Shown: positions 39,923-49,883, numbered from the stretch's first letter. The stretch is 64,000 nucleotides of DNA from Candidatus Nomurabacteria bacterium GW2011_GWE1_32_28 (GCA_000989515.1 LBOM01000003.1:15411-79410), one strand, 5' to 3'. Notes: generated by a model from the letters alone, not told the origin. A program made the numbers and translations.

Positions 39923-40690
39923 TTATATTTTAGTTAAAATTTCTGGCTCACCCTCGGTGATTAAAATAGTATGTTCAAAATGTGCACTTTTTTTACCATC
40001 GGCCGTACGAAATGTCCACCCGTCTTCGTCTAAAATAACATTCTTTGTTCCATTATTTAACATTGGTTCTAATGCTATTACCATACCAGGAACAAGTTTT
40101 GCACCAGTACCAGATTTTCCAAAATTTGGTATATATGGATCTTCATGAACTTTTTTTCCAACTCCGTGACCAGACAAAACTTCAACAATACCATATCTAT
40201 ATTTGCGAACAAAATTCTCTATTGCAAAACCTATATCACCTATTCTATTTCCTCCTTGAGACACAGCAATACCCACTTTGAGAGCATCCTCAGTCGCTTT
40301 CATAAGTTTTATTGATGAATTACTTACTTCGCCAACACCAGCAGTAAGCGCCATATCAGTAAAGAGTCCTTTGTGTTTAAGGCCTAAGTCAATAGACACA
40401 ATATCTCCTTCTTTTAATATTCTTTTTGCATCTGGAATACCATGAACAACTTCATTGTTTACAGAGACACAAAGCGACGCTGGGAATGGGGAATCTGCAC
40501 CCTCTGGACGATAATTTAAAAAAGCTGGCTCATCACCCATTTCTTTTATTAATTTAAAAGCGTAATCATCTAAATCTTTAGTAGAAATGCCTGGTTTTAT
40601 TATATCCCTAACTTTATAAAGAACAGTGGCCAAACGCTTACCACCTTCTCTTAATATCTCTATTTCTTCTTTTGTTTTAATTATTATCAT
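39923..40690 (-). CDS. map: methionine aminopeptidase type I
   Basis: 255 aa; pita-bread fold motifs HGIPD, DIVSIDLG, metal ligands D/D/H/E/E. Confidence 0.9.
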   Translation of the reverse strand: MIIIKTKEEIEILREGGKRLATVLYKVRDIIKPGISTKDLDDYAFKLIKEMGDEPAFLNYRPEGADSPFPASLCVSVNNEVVHGIPDAKRILKEGDIVSIDLGLKHKGLFTDMALTAGVGEVSNSSIKLMKATEDALKVGIAVSQGGNRIGDIGFAIENFVRKYRYGIVEVLSGHGVGKKVHEDPYIPNFGKSGTGAKLVPGMVIALEPMLNNGTKNVILDEDGWTFRTADGKKSAHFEHTILITEGEPEILTKI

Positions 40691-40796
40691 AAAAATTAAA
40701 TAATTCCAGACTTTTAAAATAAAAATTATATATGCTGTACATCATCGTGACACAAAGACAAAAACTCAGAAATTTTTTATTTTTAAAATATAAAAT

Positions 40797-41480
40797 CTAA
40801 TAAATTGTTGTTCCATTAAACTCTTCTCCATTTAAATACTTAGCCAAATTATCTAGAGGTTTACCATTCATTATTACAACCTCCATACCTTCTTTTTCAG
40901 CAAGTTGAGAGGCAATAGGATCAAATGGGGAATTAAGCCCAGGATTCCATTCTTCTGGAATTAATTTTCTATATTCTGTCCAAGAAATTTTTTCGATTTT
41001 TTTAGCATTTGGGTCTATTTTGGGGTCAGAATCATAGACATAATCAGTATTTGATAAATTAATAATCTTCTTTGCACCTACATTTTTTGCTATTACAACA
41101 GCATCCCAATCAGTACTATGTCCAGGCTTATTTGCTGAACCCACTACTATCGGTTTATCAAAAACAAGAGATTCCATTGGATCTTTTATTATTTTAGGAT
41201 GAGTATATTCTCTAAAAATAACTCTTAGAAGCTGAGCATTTAATCTCAAAGATGCAATACCTATCCAATCTAAATCATCACTTGATGGCTCAGATATTTC
41301 TTTTGCGACTTCTTGATATTTTCTACAAATTTTTCCTCCTCCAGTTATTATTACAAATTTTTTACCTAATTTAATTTGAGATATTATCAAATTCTTAAAA
41401 CCTTTTAAAAAATCAATATCAATATCATCAGGAATAATAAGAGAACCACCCAACGAAATAATAACAGTTTCTTTTTCCAT
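40797..41480 (-). CDS. amino-acid-kinase-family protein, likely archaeal-type UMP kinase
   Basis: VIISLGGSLI...KFVIITGGG motifs; 227 aa; sits with adk and cmk. Confidence 0.5.
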   Translation of the reverse strand: MEKETVIISLGGSLIIPDDIDIDFLKGFKNLIISQIKLGKKFVIITGGGKICRKYQEVAKEISEPSSDDLDWIGIASLRLNAQLLRVIFREYTHPKIIKDPMESLVFDKPIVVGSANKPGHSTDWDAVVIAKNVGAKKIINLSNTDYVYDSDPKIDPNAKKIEKISWTEYRKLIPEEWNPGLNSPFDPIASQLAEKEGMEVVIMNGKPLDNLAKYLNGEEFNGTTIY

Positions 41481-41484
41481 AAAA

Positions 41485-42081
41485 TTAATTTACCAAAAAA
41501 CCCAATTTACTAATAATTTCTTTATGTACATCTTCTACACCTTGCTCACCATTTATTGTATATATAGTATATTCATCTTTATTTTTAAAATAATTCATAG
41601 CAGGTATGACATTATTTTCATATTCATCAAATCTTCTTGCTATTCCCTCTTTTGTATCATCATGTCTAGCACGCAACATCATTCTTCTAATCGCTTCATC
41701 TTTCTCAACTTCAATATAAATTATTTTTATATCTTTTCTTTTATAAAACTGCATCATGGATTCAAATGTTTCGGATTGACTTACATTGCGTGGATATCCA
41801 TCTGATATTAGATGTTTCTCTGGTGTAAGAAAAGAAGTTAAAATATTAGTAAAAATCGCATTAGTCAAAAAATTTGGTTGAAGCTCGCCACGTATAACAG
41901 AATCTTTTATTAAGGTTCCAATATAACTCCCATTCTCCATGAGTTTCCTATATTCATTTCCAGTAGAAGTTTTTATACATTCACGTCCATCTTTTTTTTC
42001 TAAAACATTAGCCAACAATTCTGCTTGTGTTCCCTTACCAGAGCCCACTTGCCCAAAAAATATAAAAGTTTGTGCTTGCAT
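41485..42081 (-). CDS. adk: adenylate kinase
   Basis: start set at MQAQTFIFFGQVGSGKGTQAELL (P-loop); the ORF-track 26-aa extension runs into the divergent cmk promoter and is rejected. Confidence 0.85.
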   Translation of the reverse strand: MQAQTFIFFGQVGSGKGTQAELLANVLEKKDGRECIKTSTGNEYRKLMENGSYIGTLIKDSVIRGELQPNFLTNAIFTNILTSFLTPEKHLISDGYPRNVSQSETFESMMQFYKRKDIKIIYIEVEKDEAIRRMMLRARHDDTKEGIARRFDEYENNVIPAMNYFKNKDEYTIYTINGEQGVEDVHKEIISKLGFLVN

Positions 42082-42100
42082 ATATGCTATAATAGCATAT
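42082..42100. promoter_or_regulatory. 19-bp perfect palindrome ATATGCTAT-A-ATAGCATAT: shared divergent -10 region or operator
   Basis: fills the whole 22-bp gap between the adk ATG (42081, -) and the cmk ATG (42104, +); reads TGcTATAAT on + and TGcTATTAT on -. Confidence 0.55.
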
Positions 42101-42103
42101 ATT

Positions 42104-42673
42104 ATGAAAAAGGAAATTATAACAATTTGCGGTAGTCTAGGTAGTGGAAAATCAAGCACAGCAAAAAAAGTAGCTGAAATTTTAGAATTTAAACATTTTT
42201 CTTCTGGAGATTTTTTTAGGCAAGCCGGAATTGATCTTGGCCTTTCTGTTACAGAATTAAATATTAAAGCTGAAACTGACCCACAAATTGATGTTATGGT
42301 TGATGAAAAATTAAGACAACTTAATCATTCAGAAAAAATCGTAATTGACTCTCGTACTGCTTATCACTGGATTCCAGAATCTTTTAAGGTATATCTAGAC
42401 TTGTCTACTGATATAGCTAAAGAAAGAATACTGAACAGTATAAAAGAAAATAAACTACGCAAACAAAGTGAACAAGTAAACACAAGCGAAGAACTTTTAA
42501 AAAAAATGACTGAGCGTTTTGAAAGTGAACAAAAAAGATATTGGGATTTATATAAAATAAATAATACAGATAAAAAACAATTTGATTTAATAATAGATAC
42601 AAACAAAAACAACCTTGAAGAAGTTGTTAATATAGTTGTTTCAGAATATAAAAAATGGATAGAAAAAAATTAA
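42104..42673 (+). CDS. cmk: cytidylate kinase-like P-loop nucleoside monophosphate kinase
   Basis: MKKEIITICGSLGSGKSSTAKKVAE...SSGDFFRQ; start moved to ATG 42104. Confidence 0.6.
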   Translation: MKKEIITICGSLGSGKSSTAKKVAEILEFKHFSSGDFFRQAGIDLGLSVTELNIKAETDPQIDVMVDEKLRQLNHSEKIVIDSRTAYHWIPESFKVYLDLSTDIAKERILNSIKENKLRKQSEQVNTSEELLKKMTERFESEQKRYWDLYKINNTDKKQFDLIIDTNKNNLEEVVNIVVSEYKKWIEKN

Positions 42674-42700
42674 AAAACTCCTAATAAAAGGAGTTTTTTA
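42674..42700. terminator. bidirectional intrinsic terminator between cmk (+) and secY (-)
   Basis: aaaaactcct-aataaa-aggagttttttaaa. Confidence 0.65.
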
Positions 42701-42736
42701 AACTAATATCTAGGACTTAAGGCCTAATAGATAATT

Positions 42737-44008
42737 CTAATATTCTCTCATTGAAATTTGAGCATCTACTTTTTTGATCAAATCTAGAACAACAGAAACG
42801 ACAATGAGAAGAGCTGTACCGCCAAGCGCTATCGCACTAATACCAGTAAGAGATCTAACGATAAGAGGCAAAACAGCAATAAATCCTAAAAAGGTTGCTC
42901 CAAGTAATGTTATACGACTTAAAACTTTTGAAATATAAAGAGAAGTAGATACACCTGGACGGATACCTGGAATAAACGCACCATTCTTTTGTAAATTAGT
43001 AGCAAGCGCCTCTGGGTCGAAAGTAACTGCTGTATAAAAATAAGTAAAAAGAAATACTAATATAAAATAAAGAACAGCATATACTACGCTTGTCTGTGAA
43101 AATGTCATAAGTACTTTAGAGATACTCAACAAGACAGAGTTAGAAGAACTTGCTAAAAAAGTACCTATCATTTGAGGAAACATCAATAAAGAAAGAGCAA
43201 AAATTATTGGAATAACACCAGCTTGGTTTACGCGAAGTGGTAGATACGTAGAACCTCCACCATACATCTTTGCACCCCTCACGCGCTTCGCATAAGTAAC
43301 AGGGATAGGACGTTCTGCTTCTGTGACAACGACAACTCCAGCCACAACCAACGCACCAGCAACAATAAATAACAGGAAAAGAGGAATTTGAGAAACATCA
43401 AATGTAAAGATAAGCTGACTTATCTCTGTTGGAAGCTGTGAAATAATACCAGCAAAAATTATTAGAGAAACTCCATTTCCAATACCAAATTCAGACATAA
43501 GTTCCCCAATCCACATTAATAACATTGAACCCGCTATAACAATAATGATATTAGTAACACGATCAAAAACAGTCAAATTTACTAAAATCTTTTGACTTTC
43601 AAGAATAGCTAAGAGACTAAAACCTTGAATAGCTGCAAGAGGTATAGTAAGTAATCTTGAATATTGAGTGAATCTTTTTCTTCCTGCCTCTCCTTCTTCG
43701 TGATAAATTCTTTTTAATGCAGGAATCATAATAGTTAAAAGTTGCATTATAATAGAACTAGTAATATATGGACCAACACCCAACATTATAATAGATAGGT
43801 TTGAAAGACCACCTCCAGAAAATATATTCAAAATACCAAAAAATTGATTATTAGTTAAAAAACGACTTAGTTCCAATGTATCAATACCTGGAATAGGAAT
43901 AGAAGAAAGTAATCTAAAAATTACTAAAGAGAAAAGAACAAACAAAACTCTTTTTCTTAAAACAGTATCAGTCCAGATTAATTTTATTTTGTTCCAAAAA
44001 TTTTTCAT
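42737..44008 (-). CDS. secY: preprotein translocase subunit SecY
   Basis: 423 aa, 10 TM, conserved SecY segments (GIGNGVSLIIFAGI). Confidence 0.95.
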   Translation of the reverse strand: MKNFWNKIKLIWTDTVLRKRVLFVLFSLVIFRLLSSIPIPGIDTLELSRFLTNNQFFGILNIFSGGGLSNLSIIMLGVGPYITSSIIMQLLTIMIPALKRIYHEEGEAGRKRFTQYSRLLTIPLAAIQGFSLLAILESQKILVNLTVFDRVTNIIIVIAGSMLLMWIGELMSEFGIGNGVSLIIFAGIISQLPTEISQLIFTFDVSQIPLFLLFIVAGALVVAGVVVVTEAERPIPVTYAKRVRGAKMYGGGSTYLPLRVNQAGVIPIIFALSLLMFPQMIGTFLASSSNSVLLSISKVLMTFSQTSVVYAVLYFILVFLFTYFYTAVTFDPEALATNLQKNGAFIPGIRPGVSTSLYISKVLSRITLLGATFLGFIAVLPLIVRSLTGISAIALGGTALLIVVSVVLDLIKKVDAQISMREY

Positions 44009-44011
44009 ATT

Positions 44012-44533
44012 TTATTTTTCCTTTTTTGTCTTAACCTTGATTTCTTCTTTTTTTTCTTTTATTTTAATTTCTTTTTCTTTTTTAATCTCTTTTGCTTCAG
44101 AAATAACCTCACCTCCTGCTTTTATTATTTTTTCTTTTGCAGAATCTGAAACGAAACATTTAGAAACTTGTATTTTTACAATTATATCATCCTTACCATT
44201 AAGAATTTTTATTTTGGGAATCCAGCCTTTTACTTTTTTAATAATTTTTGATTCCAGTAATAAAGTAGGGTTTACTTCTCCACCCTTGGGATATGATTTA
44301 ATTATAGTATCAAGAGATACACCTATTGGTTTTATGGCAAAAGAATTAAATTTATACCCACGGTTCTTTGGTAATTTTTTGATGATATCACGGAGTTCTG
44401 GACGACGTTTATTACCTGCTCGAGCTGTCTGGCCCTTACCTCCTCTACCAGAAGTCTTAGCATGTTTACCTCCACGTCCAACTAGACGATCTTTTTTATT
44501 CTTATGTTCTCTTTTTAAATTATGTATTTGCAT
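44012..44533 (-). CDS. rplO: 50S ribosomal protein L15 with Lys-rich C-terminal extension
   Basis: GRGGKHAKTSGRGGKGQ N-terminus; 173 aa vs ~145 typical. Confidence 0.85.
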   Translation of the reverse strand: MQIHNLKREHKNKKDRLVGRGGKHAKTSGRGGKGQTARAGNKRRPELRDIIKKLPKNRGYKFNSFAIKPIGVSLDTIIKSYPKGGEVNPTLLLESKIIKKVKGWIPKIKILNGKDDIIVKIQVSKCFVSDSAKEKIIKAGGEVISEAKEIKKEKEIKIKEKKEEIKVKTKKEK

Positions 44534-44560
44534 TGTGTTGGTTGCTAATTTCTAGTAATT

Positions 44561-45124
44561 TTATTTTTCAACTTTTGGGACAACAACTTCTTTATTTTTT
44601 AGAATAGTACTTTCAGGGGCAATTTTTACATATTTAGAAGAAATTTGAGAAAGTGCTGCTATTACTGCCTTAGAGTTATTTAATTTATTTTTACTACCAG
44701 ATAAAATCTTACCTGTAATATCTTTCATACCAGCCAATTTGGCAATATCGCGCACTACTGTACCTGCGACAAGACCACGTCCCTTGTTTGGCATAAGTAC
44801 AACAGATGAACTTGAAAATTTAGCAGAAACTTCATGAGGAATAGACATACTTTTTGTAAGCTTTAGTCTAACCATATTTTTCTTTGCATTTCTTACTGCT
44901 TTATTTATAGCAAGAGAAGTATCACCAGCTTTCCCTAGTCCAAGACCTATAGCTCCTTTTTTGTCTCCAGCAACTAATGCGACACTAAAAGAAAATCTAC
45001 GTCCTCCAGCGACAACACGGGTAACACGACGAATATTAAGAATTTTCTGATCAAATTCAGGCTTTGGTCTTCCAAAAGATGAAGATCGTCGAGTATTATT
45101 TCTTTTTTTATTTTCTCCTTCCAT
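44561..45124 (-). CDS. rpsE: 30S ribosomal protein S5
   Basis: conserved S5 dsRBD and C-terminal domain; followed directly by rplO with no rpmD (L30) between. Confidence 0.9.
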   Translation of the reverse strand: MEGENKKRNNTRRSSSFGRPKPEFDQKILNIRRVTRVVAGGRRFSFSVALVAGDKKGAIGLGLGKAGDTSLAINKAVRNAKKNMVRLKLTKSMSIPHEVSAKFSSSSVVLMPNKGRGLVAGTVVRDIAKLAGMKDITGKILSGSKNKLNNSKAVIAALSQISSKYVKIAPESTILKNKEVVVPKVEK

Positions 45125-45132
45125 AATTTTTA

Positions 45133-45474
45133 TTAAAACTTTAGACCAGCAACTCGTGCTTCGTCGGCTACTAATTTTATACGTCCAGTGTATCTAAATC
45201 CATTTCGATCAAAAACAACCTTATTAATTTTAATCTTATTGCAAGCTTCTGCAATCATCTTACCTACTTCTTTTGCTCTTTCTGATTTTGTACCTTTTGT
45301 AATTTTTATATCACTAGCTTGCGCTAAAGTATTACCCTTTTGATCATCAATAACTTGTGCATAAATAAATTTATTAGAACGAAATACAGACAATCGAGGA
45401 CTTATAGAAGTACCAAAAATTTTTGATCTAATTTTAGCTTTTAATCTTATTCTTTTGTCATTTTTCTTTTGCAT
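45133..45474 (-). CDS. rplR: 50S ribosomal protein L18
   Basis: 113 aa, RLSVFRSNKFIYAQVIDD. Confidence 0.9.
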   Translation of the reverse strand: MQKKNDKRIRLKAKIRSKIFGTSISPRLSVFRSNKFIYAQVIDDQKGNTLAQASDIKITKGTKSERAKEVGKMIAEACNKIKINKVVFDRNGFRYTGRIKLVADEARVAGLKF

Positions 45475-45477
45475 TTT

Positions 45478-45510
45478 AAATTCGTAATTGATAATTCGTA
45501 ATTGATTACG
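45478..45510. repeat. tandem AATTCGTAATT motif cluster upstream of rplR
   Basis: aaattcgtaattgataattcgtaattgattacg. Confidence 0.6.
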
Positions 45511-46039
45511 CTGTCTTTTTACCTTGTTTTCGTCTTATAACTTCATTTTCATAACGCATCCCTTTTCCTTTATATGGCTCTGGTTTCTTTAATGCACGTA
45601 TAGATGCAGCAAAACTTCCAACCAATTCTTTATCAATACCTGTAATTGTAATAACATTTTTCTCTGCTGTTGCTGTGATCCCTTCTGGAATAGAAGCTAC
45701 AACTGGATGAGAAAATCCTAAAGCAAAATTAAATTCATTACCCTTAACCTCAGATTTGAATCCAACTCCTTCTAATATTATTTTTTTCTGGTACGGAGTT
45801 TCTACGCCATTAATCATATTTTTTATATGAGAAGCATAAGTACCCCAAAGAGATTTTGAAAATTTATCGTTCCTTTTAATATTTAAAGTTATTATATTAT
45901 CTGTAATAGTTATAGTAATATCATTACGAAAAGTTTTTACTAACGTTCCTTTTGGTCCAACAACTTTTAAAATATCACCACTTTTTGTGACTTCAACTCC
46001 TTTTGGTATTAGTATTTCTTGTTTGCCTATTCTACTCAT
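45506..46039 (-). CDS. rplF: 50S ribosomal protein L6
   Basis: 177 aa, two L6 repeats. Confidence 0.9.
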   Translation of the reverse strand: MSRIGKQEILIPKGVEVTKSGDILKVVGPKGTLVKTFRNDITITITDNIITLNIKRNDKFSKSLWGTYASHIKNMINGVETPYQKKIILEGVGFKSEVKGNEFNFALGFSHPVVASIPEGITATAEKNVITITGIDKELVGSFAASIRALKKPEPYKGKGMRYENEVIRRKQGKKTA

Positions 46040-46044
46040 TTTTT

Positions 46045-46076
46045 TAATTCGTAATTTGTAATTATTAATTCGTAAT
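46045..46076. repeat. AATTCGTAATT motif cluster upstream of rplF
   Basis: ttaattcgtaatttgtaattattaattcgtaatc. Confidence 0.6.
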
Positions 46077-46082
46077 CACCTA

Positions 46083-46469
46083 CTACCAGAATTTAAATAA
46101 CGCTTCACCTCCGACCTGTTCTTTTCTTGCTTCTTTCCCTGACAAAATTCCTTTTGGTGTTGAAAGAACAAGAAGCCCTGAACCATTTCTAACTGAATGA
46201 ATATCTTTCATTTTTAAATAAACACGTCGAGACTGTTTAGAAATCCTTTGAACTTCTGTAATTTTAGGATTTTTATCTATATAAACTAATTTAATCTCTA
46301 AAACAGGAAAACCCTTTTTGGTTTTTTTTGAAACTTCGTTTACATATCCTTCCTTCTTTAGACATAGAGCTATTGCATTCTTCATATTAGAATATGGCAA
46401 AGAAACAGACTCCTTGCCTGCGAGACTTGCATTCTTTAGCATTATTATCATGTTTGAAATTGAATCCAT
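46083..46469 (-). CDS. rpsH: 30S ribosomal protein S8
   Basis: 128 aa, conserved S8 C-terminus. Confidence 0.9.
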   Translation of the reverse strand: MDSISNMIIMLKNASLAGKESVSLPYSNMKNAIALCLKKEGYVNEVSKKTKKGFPVLEIKLVYIDKNPKITEVQRISKQSRRVYLKMKDIHSVRNGSGLLVLSTPKGILSGKEARKEQVGGEALFKFW

Positions 46470-46521
46470 AATTGTTTAAATATTTATTGGTACTTCGTAA
46501 TTGTTAATTCGTAGTTAGTTT

Positions 46522-46707
46522 CTACCAGCTTGATTTTCTAACACCAGGAAGCATACCTTCGTTGGCTAATTCTCTGAAACAAATACGACATACTCCAAAA
46601 TCTCTCATAAAACCGTTACCTCTTCCACAACGAAAACATCGATTTTTTTGTCGAGTAGAAAATTTCATCTTCTTTTTTGATCTTGCTATAACTGATGTCT
46701 TTGCCAT
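46522..46707 (-). CDS. rpsZ: 30S ribosomal protein S14 type Z (zinc-binding)
   Basis: CFRCGRGNGFMRDFGVCRICFRELA CxxC...CxxC; start set at MAKTSVIARSKK (61 aa). Confidence 0.85.
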   Translation of the reverse strand: MAKTSVIARSKKKMKFSTRQKNRCFRCGRGNGFMRDFGVCRICFRELANEGMLPGVRKSSW

Positions 46708-46853
46708 AAAATAATATTGGGAGAGTTTTAGAATATCACACTTTTTTTCTTGTTCTTTCAATTTTATCTGAAAAGACAAGGAGAAAAATGGATTAATTAA
46801 AACTATATTCCCTTATTGCTATACTAGCAGAAAATAATTAGATAGTCAAATAT

Positions 46854-47417
46854 TTATTTTTTTCTTTCCTCTCCTTTTTTAAAAGGAATACCTAGGAGTT
46901 CAAAAAATGCCATTCCCTCTTTCTTGTCTTTAGCAGTAGAAACAACAGTAATAGCTAATCCAAAAACATCTTTTATATCTTCATCTGCAGTCTCAGGGAA
47001 GATTGTATGTTCTTTTATACCTATTGTAATATTACCAAGACTATCTACTGTACTAGTATTAATACCACGAAAATCTTTTGTTCTAGGAAGTGCAACATTT
47101 ATAAGTTTTTCTAAAAAAGTATACATTCTTTTTCCACGCAATGTTACAACAACACCAATAGGGTCACCCTGTCTAACCTTAAAGGATGCGATTGATTGTT
47201 TAGCACCACGAAAAGCTCCTTTTTGTCCTGTAATTTTTGCTAAACGTTCGACGATAGCATCATTTTTATTTTTATCTTTTTTGATAGCAGTTCCTGTACC
47301 AACATTCAAAATAACCTTTACTGCCTTTGGTGCAGCCATAGAATTTTTATAATGAAAAATACTTTTCATTTTTTCAAAACTTTCTTTTTCTTTTTCTTTT
47401 ACAGTTAGATGTTTCAT
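46854..47417 (-). CDS. rplE: 50S ribosomal protein L5
   Basis: aligns over full length with bacterial L5 (PIGVVVTLRGKRMYTFLEKLI). Confidence 0.9.
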   Translation of the reverse strand: MKHLTVKEKEKESFEKMKSIFHYKNSMAAPKAVKVILNVGTGTAIKKDKNKNDAIVERLAKITGQKGAFRGAKQSIASFKVRQGDPIGVVVTLRGKRMYTFLEKLINVALPRTKDFRGINTSTVDSLGNITIGIKEHTIFPETADEDIKDVFGLAITVVSTAKDKKEGMAFFELLGIPFKKGEERKK

Positions 47418-47431
47418 AATTTTTGATCTCC

Positions 47432-47460
47432 AATTCGTAATTGATAATTCGTAATTGATT
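47432..47460. repeat. tandem AATTCGTAATT motif cluster upstream of rplE
   Basis: caattcgtaattgataattcgtaattgatt. Confidence 0.6.
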
Positions 47461-47764
47461 ATATTTCTTGATTACTTTTTTTAGTAACTCTGACCATTTT
47501 ATTATTAACCTTTTTCTTTCCAATACGAGTTCCTAGATTAGTCTTAGGATCTACAACCATTAAATTGGAAGCATGTATAGGCATTGCAATATCTATCTTA
47601 CTACCTTTCTCGCCAGATTTTCTAGGACGTTGATGTTTTTTCATCATATTTACACCTTCGACAATAACTCTATTCTTTTCAACCAAAACAGTGACAATCT
47701 TGCCTTTTTTGCCTTTATCTTTTCCTGTTATAACTATTACATTGTCTCCTTTTTTAAGTTTCAT
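47459..47764 (-). CDS. rplX: 50S ribosomal protein L24
   Basis: MKLKKGDNVIVITGKDKGKKGKI KOW motif. Confidence 0.9.
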   Translation of the reverse strand: MKLKKGDNVIVITGKDKGKKGKIVTVLVEKNRVIVEGVNMMKKHQRPRKSGEKGSKIDIAMPIHASNLMVVDPKTNLGTRIGKKKVNNKMVRVTKKSNQEI

Positions 47765-47770
47765 TTTTTT

Positions 47771-47802
47771 AATTCGTAATTCGTAATTTATAATTCGTAA
47801 TT
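47771..47802. repeat. triple AATTCGTAATT motif cluster upstream of rplX
   Basis: aattcgtaattcgtaatttataattcgtaattg. Confidence 0.6.
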
Positions 47803-47804
47803 GT

Positions 47805-48176
47805 TTATATCACCTCTTGCGCTAAAGAAATTATCTTTTGATAGCCTCTTTCAGCAAGCTCTCTCGGTATAGGACCAAAAACACGTCCTGCTTTTGGATC
47901 AAGTTTACCTTTTTCTAATAAAACTACTGCATTATCATCAAACCGAATATATGATCCATCTTTTCTTCTATATGCATTTCTTGTACGCACAACTACTGCT
48001 TGGTGCACATCTTTCTTTTTTACACCCTTTCTAGGACTCGCAATCTTAACAGAAATAATAACCTTATCACCCAAAAAAGCATATCTTTTTTTTGAACTAC
48101 CTAAAACCTTAAACACCTTTCCTGCGGTGCCTCCAGCATTGTCTGTTATTTTTACTAATGTTTCTGTTTGAATCAT
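47805..48176 (-). CDS. rplN: 50S ribosomal protein L14
   Basis: MIQTETLVKITDNAG; 123 aa. Confidence 0.9.
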   Translation of the reverse strand: MIQTETLVKITDNAGGTAGKVFKVLGSSKKRYAFLGDKVIISVKIASPRKGVKKKDVHQAVVVRTRNAYRRKDGSYIRFDDNAVVLLEKGKLDPKAGRVFGPIPRELAERGYQKIISLAQEVI

Positions 48177-48185
48177 ATAATCAAA

Positions 48186-48467
48186 TTATTTTGTAATTAC
48201 TCTAAATTTCTTATCTTTTGAAATTGGTTTTGTCTCAATTATTTCCACCTTATCTCCAATTTTATACTTATTTTCTTCATCATGCGCTTTGTATTTTTTA
48301 CTTACTTTGTAAAACTTACCATACTTAGGATGTTTAACAAAACGTGAAACAGAGACAACTACTGTTTTATCCATCTTATCTGAAAAAACAACACCACTCA
48401 AAATATTACCTGTCTTCTTAGGTGTATTATCAATATCTTTATTTTCTTTTGTTGTTTTTGTTTTCAT
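48186..48467 (-). CDS. rpsQ: 30S ribosomal protein S17
   Basis: [29 protein letters not shown]-fold. Confidence 0.85.
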   Translation of the reverse strand: MKTKTTKENKDIDNTPKKTGNILSGVVFSDKMDKTVVVSVSRFVKHPKYGKFYKVSKKYKAHDEENKYKIGDKVEIIETKPISKDKKFRVITK

Positions 48468-48508
48468 CTTTTTGAATTTGTAATTTGTCTTTATTAATTT
48501 ATAACTAT

Positions 48509-48688
48509 TTATTTATGATTTATTTTTGTAAGAATTCTTGCTACTTGTTTTTTTAATGTAACAGATTCTTTAACATTTTTTGATTTTGAACCTTCTGCCT
48601 TAAAACGTAAAACTCTTATTTTTTCTTCTATCTCTATGAGCTCTTTTTTAAGTTCATCAGTTTTCATTCCTTTTAAATTTTCTTTCAT
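48509..48688 (-). CDS. rpmC: 50S ribosomal protein L29
   Basis: [29 protein letters not shown]; start trimmed from the ORF-track 48730 to avoid 26-nt overlap with rplP. Confidence 0.7.
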   Translation of the reverse strand: MKENLKGMKTDELKKELIEIEEKIRVLRFKAEGSKSKNVKESVTLKKQVARILTKINHK

Positions 48689-48704
48689 TTTTTTTGTCAT
48701 ATGT

Positions 48705-49133
48705 TTATTGATTATGAACTCTTGAAACAATCTTTACTTTAACTGGTAATTTTGTACCAGCTTTTCTTAATGCTTCACGAGCTATTGTTTCATCTACTCC
48801 GTCAACTTCAAATATTATACGTCCCGGTGAAACATCAAAGCAATATCCTTGTGGGTCTCCTTTTCCTTTTCCCATTCCCATCTCTGCAGCTTTAGCAGTA
48901 AAAGGTCTATCTGGGAAAATACGAACCCAGTATTTACCAGATTTAGTTAGGGTACGAGATATAACCTTTCTAGCAGATTCAAGTTGATTTGATTTGACAC
49001 GTGCTTGAGTAACGGCCTTTATTCCAAAAGATCCAAAAGCAAGCTTTGTACCACGAGTGTCTGGTGTTCTGGCTTTAGGGTTTTTGCGGCCAACTTGCCA
49101 TTTTCTAAATTTTACTTTTTTTGGGAATAACAT
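48705..49133 (-). CDS. rplP: 50S ribosomal protein L16
   Basis: MLFPKKVKFRKWQ...RIFPDRPFTAKAAEMGMGKGKG. Confidence 0.9.
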   Translation of the reverse strand: MLFPKKVKFRKWQVGRKNPKARTPDTRGTKLAFGSFGIKAVTQARVKSNQLESARKVISRTLTKSGKYWVRIFPDRPFTAKAAEMGMGKGKGDPQGYCFDVSPGRIIFEVDGVDETIAREALRKAGTKLPVKVKIVSRVHNQ

Positions 49134-49161
49134 ATAATTTATATGATTTTAAACTCGTAGT

Positions 49162-49881
49162 TTAATTATTTTTAATTTCTTTTCCATCTGAATTAGCTGT
49201 ACTAAAAGCACTACGACTAGGCTTTTTATCTGCAAAGATTTTACCACGATATATCCAAACTTTTATACCAATGTCACCATATGGTAAATGTCCTTTTTCA
49301 CGCTTAAAATCAATATCCGCACGGAAAGTTTGAAGAGGTATGCTTCCACGTTTCAACTCTTCCGTTCGAGCAATTTCAGCTCCACCCAAACGACCCGACA
49401 ATACAATTCTAACTCCTTCCACTCCATGAGCCATTATTACCTTTTCTACCATTTGTTTTATAACCCTACGATATGGCAATCTTTTTTCTAGTCCTTCAGC
49501 TACCATATATGCAACAATAGCAGCATCAGCCTCTGGATTTGAAACTTCAACAATTTCAAGTTTAAAATCTTCTGGTTGTGTAAGTTTTAATTTAAGCATC
49601 TTTTTTAAGATGTCTTCTTTTAATTTAGTTACACCTTCACCATTTCGTCCAATTATAAGACCAGGACGAGAAGTTCTAATTACAAAACGAGTTGTTTTTT
49701 GATTTCTTTCAATTTCAATTGAAGAAATATACATAGCACGTAATTTCTTTTCCAAATATTCACGGATTAAAACATCCCCTTTTAAGAAATTACAATATTG
49801 CTTAGGATCAGCAAACCAATGAGACTTCCAATCTCTTAATATTATTAACCTATGAGCATATGGGTGTACTATTTTTGACAT
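49162..49881 (-). CDS. rpsC: 30S ribosomal protein S3
   Basis: KH domain and C-terminal S3 domain; 239 aa. Confidence 0.9.
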   Translation of the reverse strand: MSKIVHPYAHRLIILRDWKSHWFADPKQYCNFLKGDVLIREYLEKKLRAMYISSIEIERNQKTTRFVIRTSRPGLIIGRNGEGVTKLKEDILKKMLKLKLTQPEDFKLEIVEVSNPEADAAIVAYMVAEGLEKRLPYRRVIKQMVEKVIMAHGVEGVRIVLSGRLGGAEIARTEELKRGSIPLQTFRADIDFKREKGHLPYGDIGIKVWIYRGKIFADKKPSRSAFSTANSDGKEIKNN

Positions 49882-49883
49882 AA

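Noticed and set aside
41939-42103. Long N-terminal extensions of the ORF-track adk (to 42159) and cmk (from 41939)
   Set aside because: The extensions overlap each other on opposite strands and run through the palindromic promoter; conserved P-loop N-termini begin at the internal Mets
43989-47352. Plus-strand ORFs 43989-44555 and 46924-47352 inside the ribosomal cluster
   Set aside because: Antisense to conserved rplO and rplE; repetitive low-complexity translations
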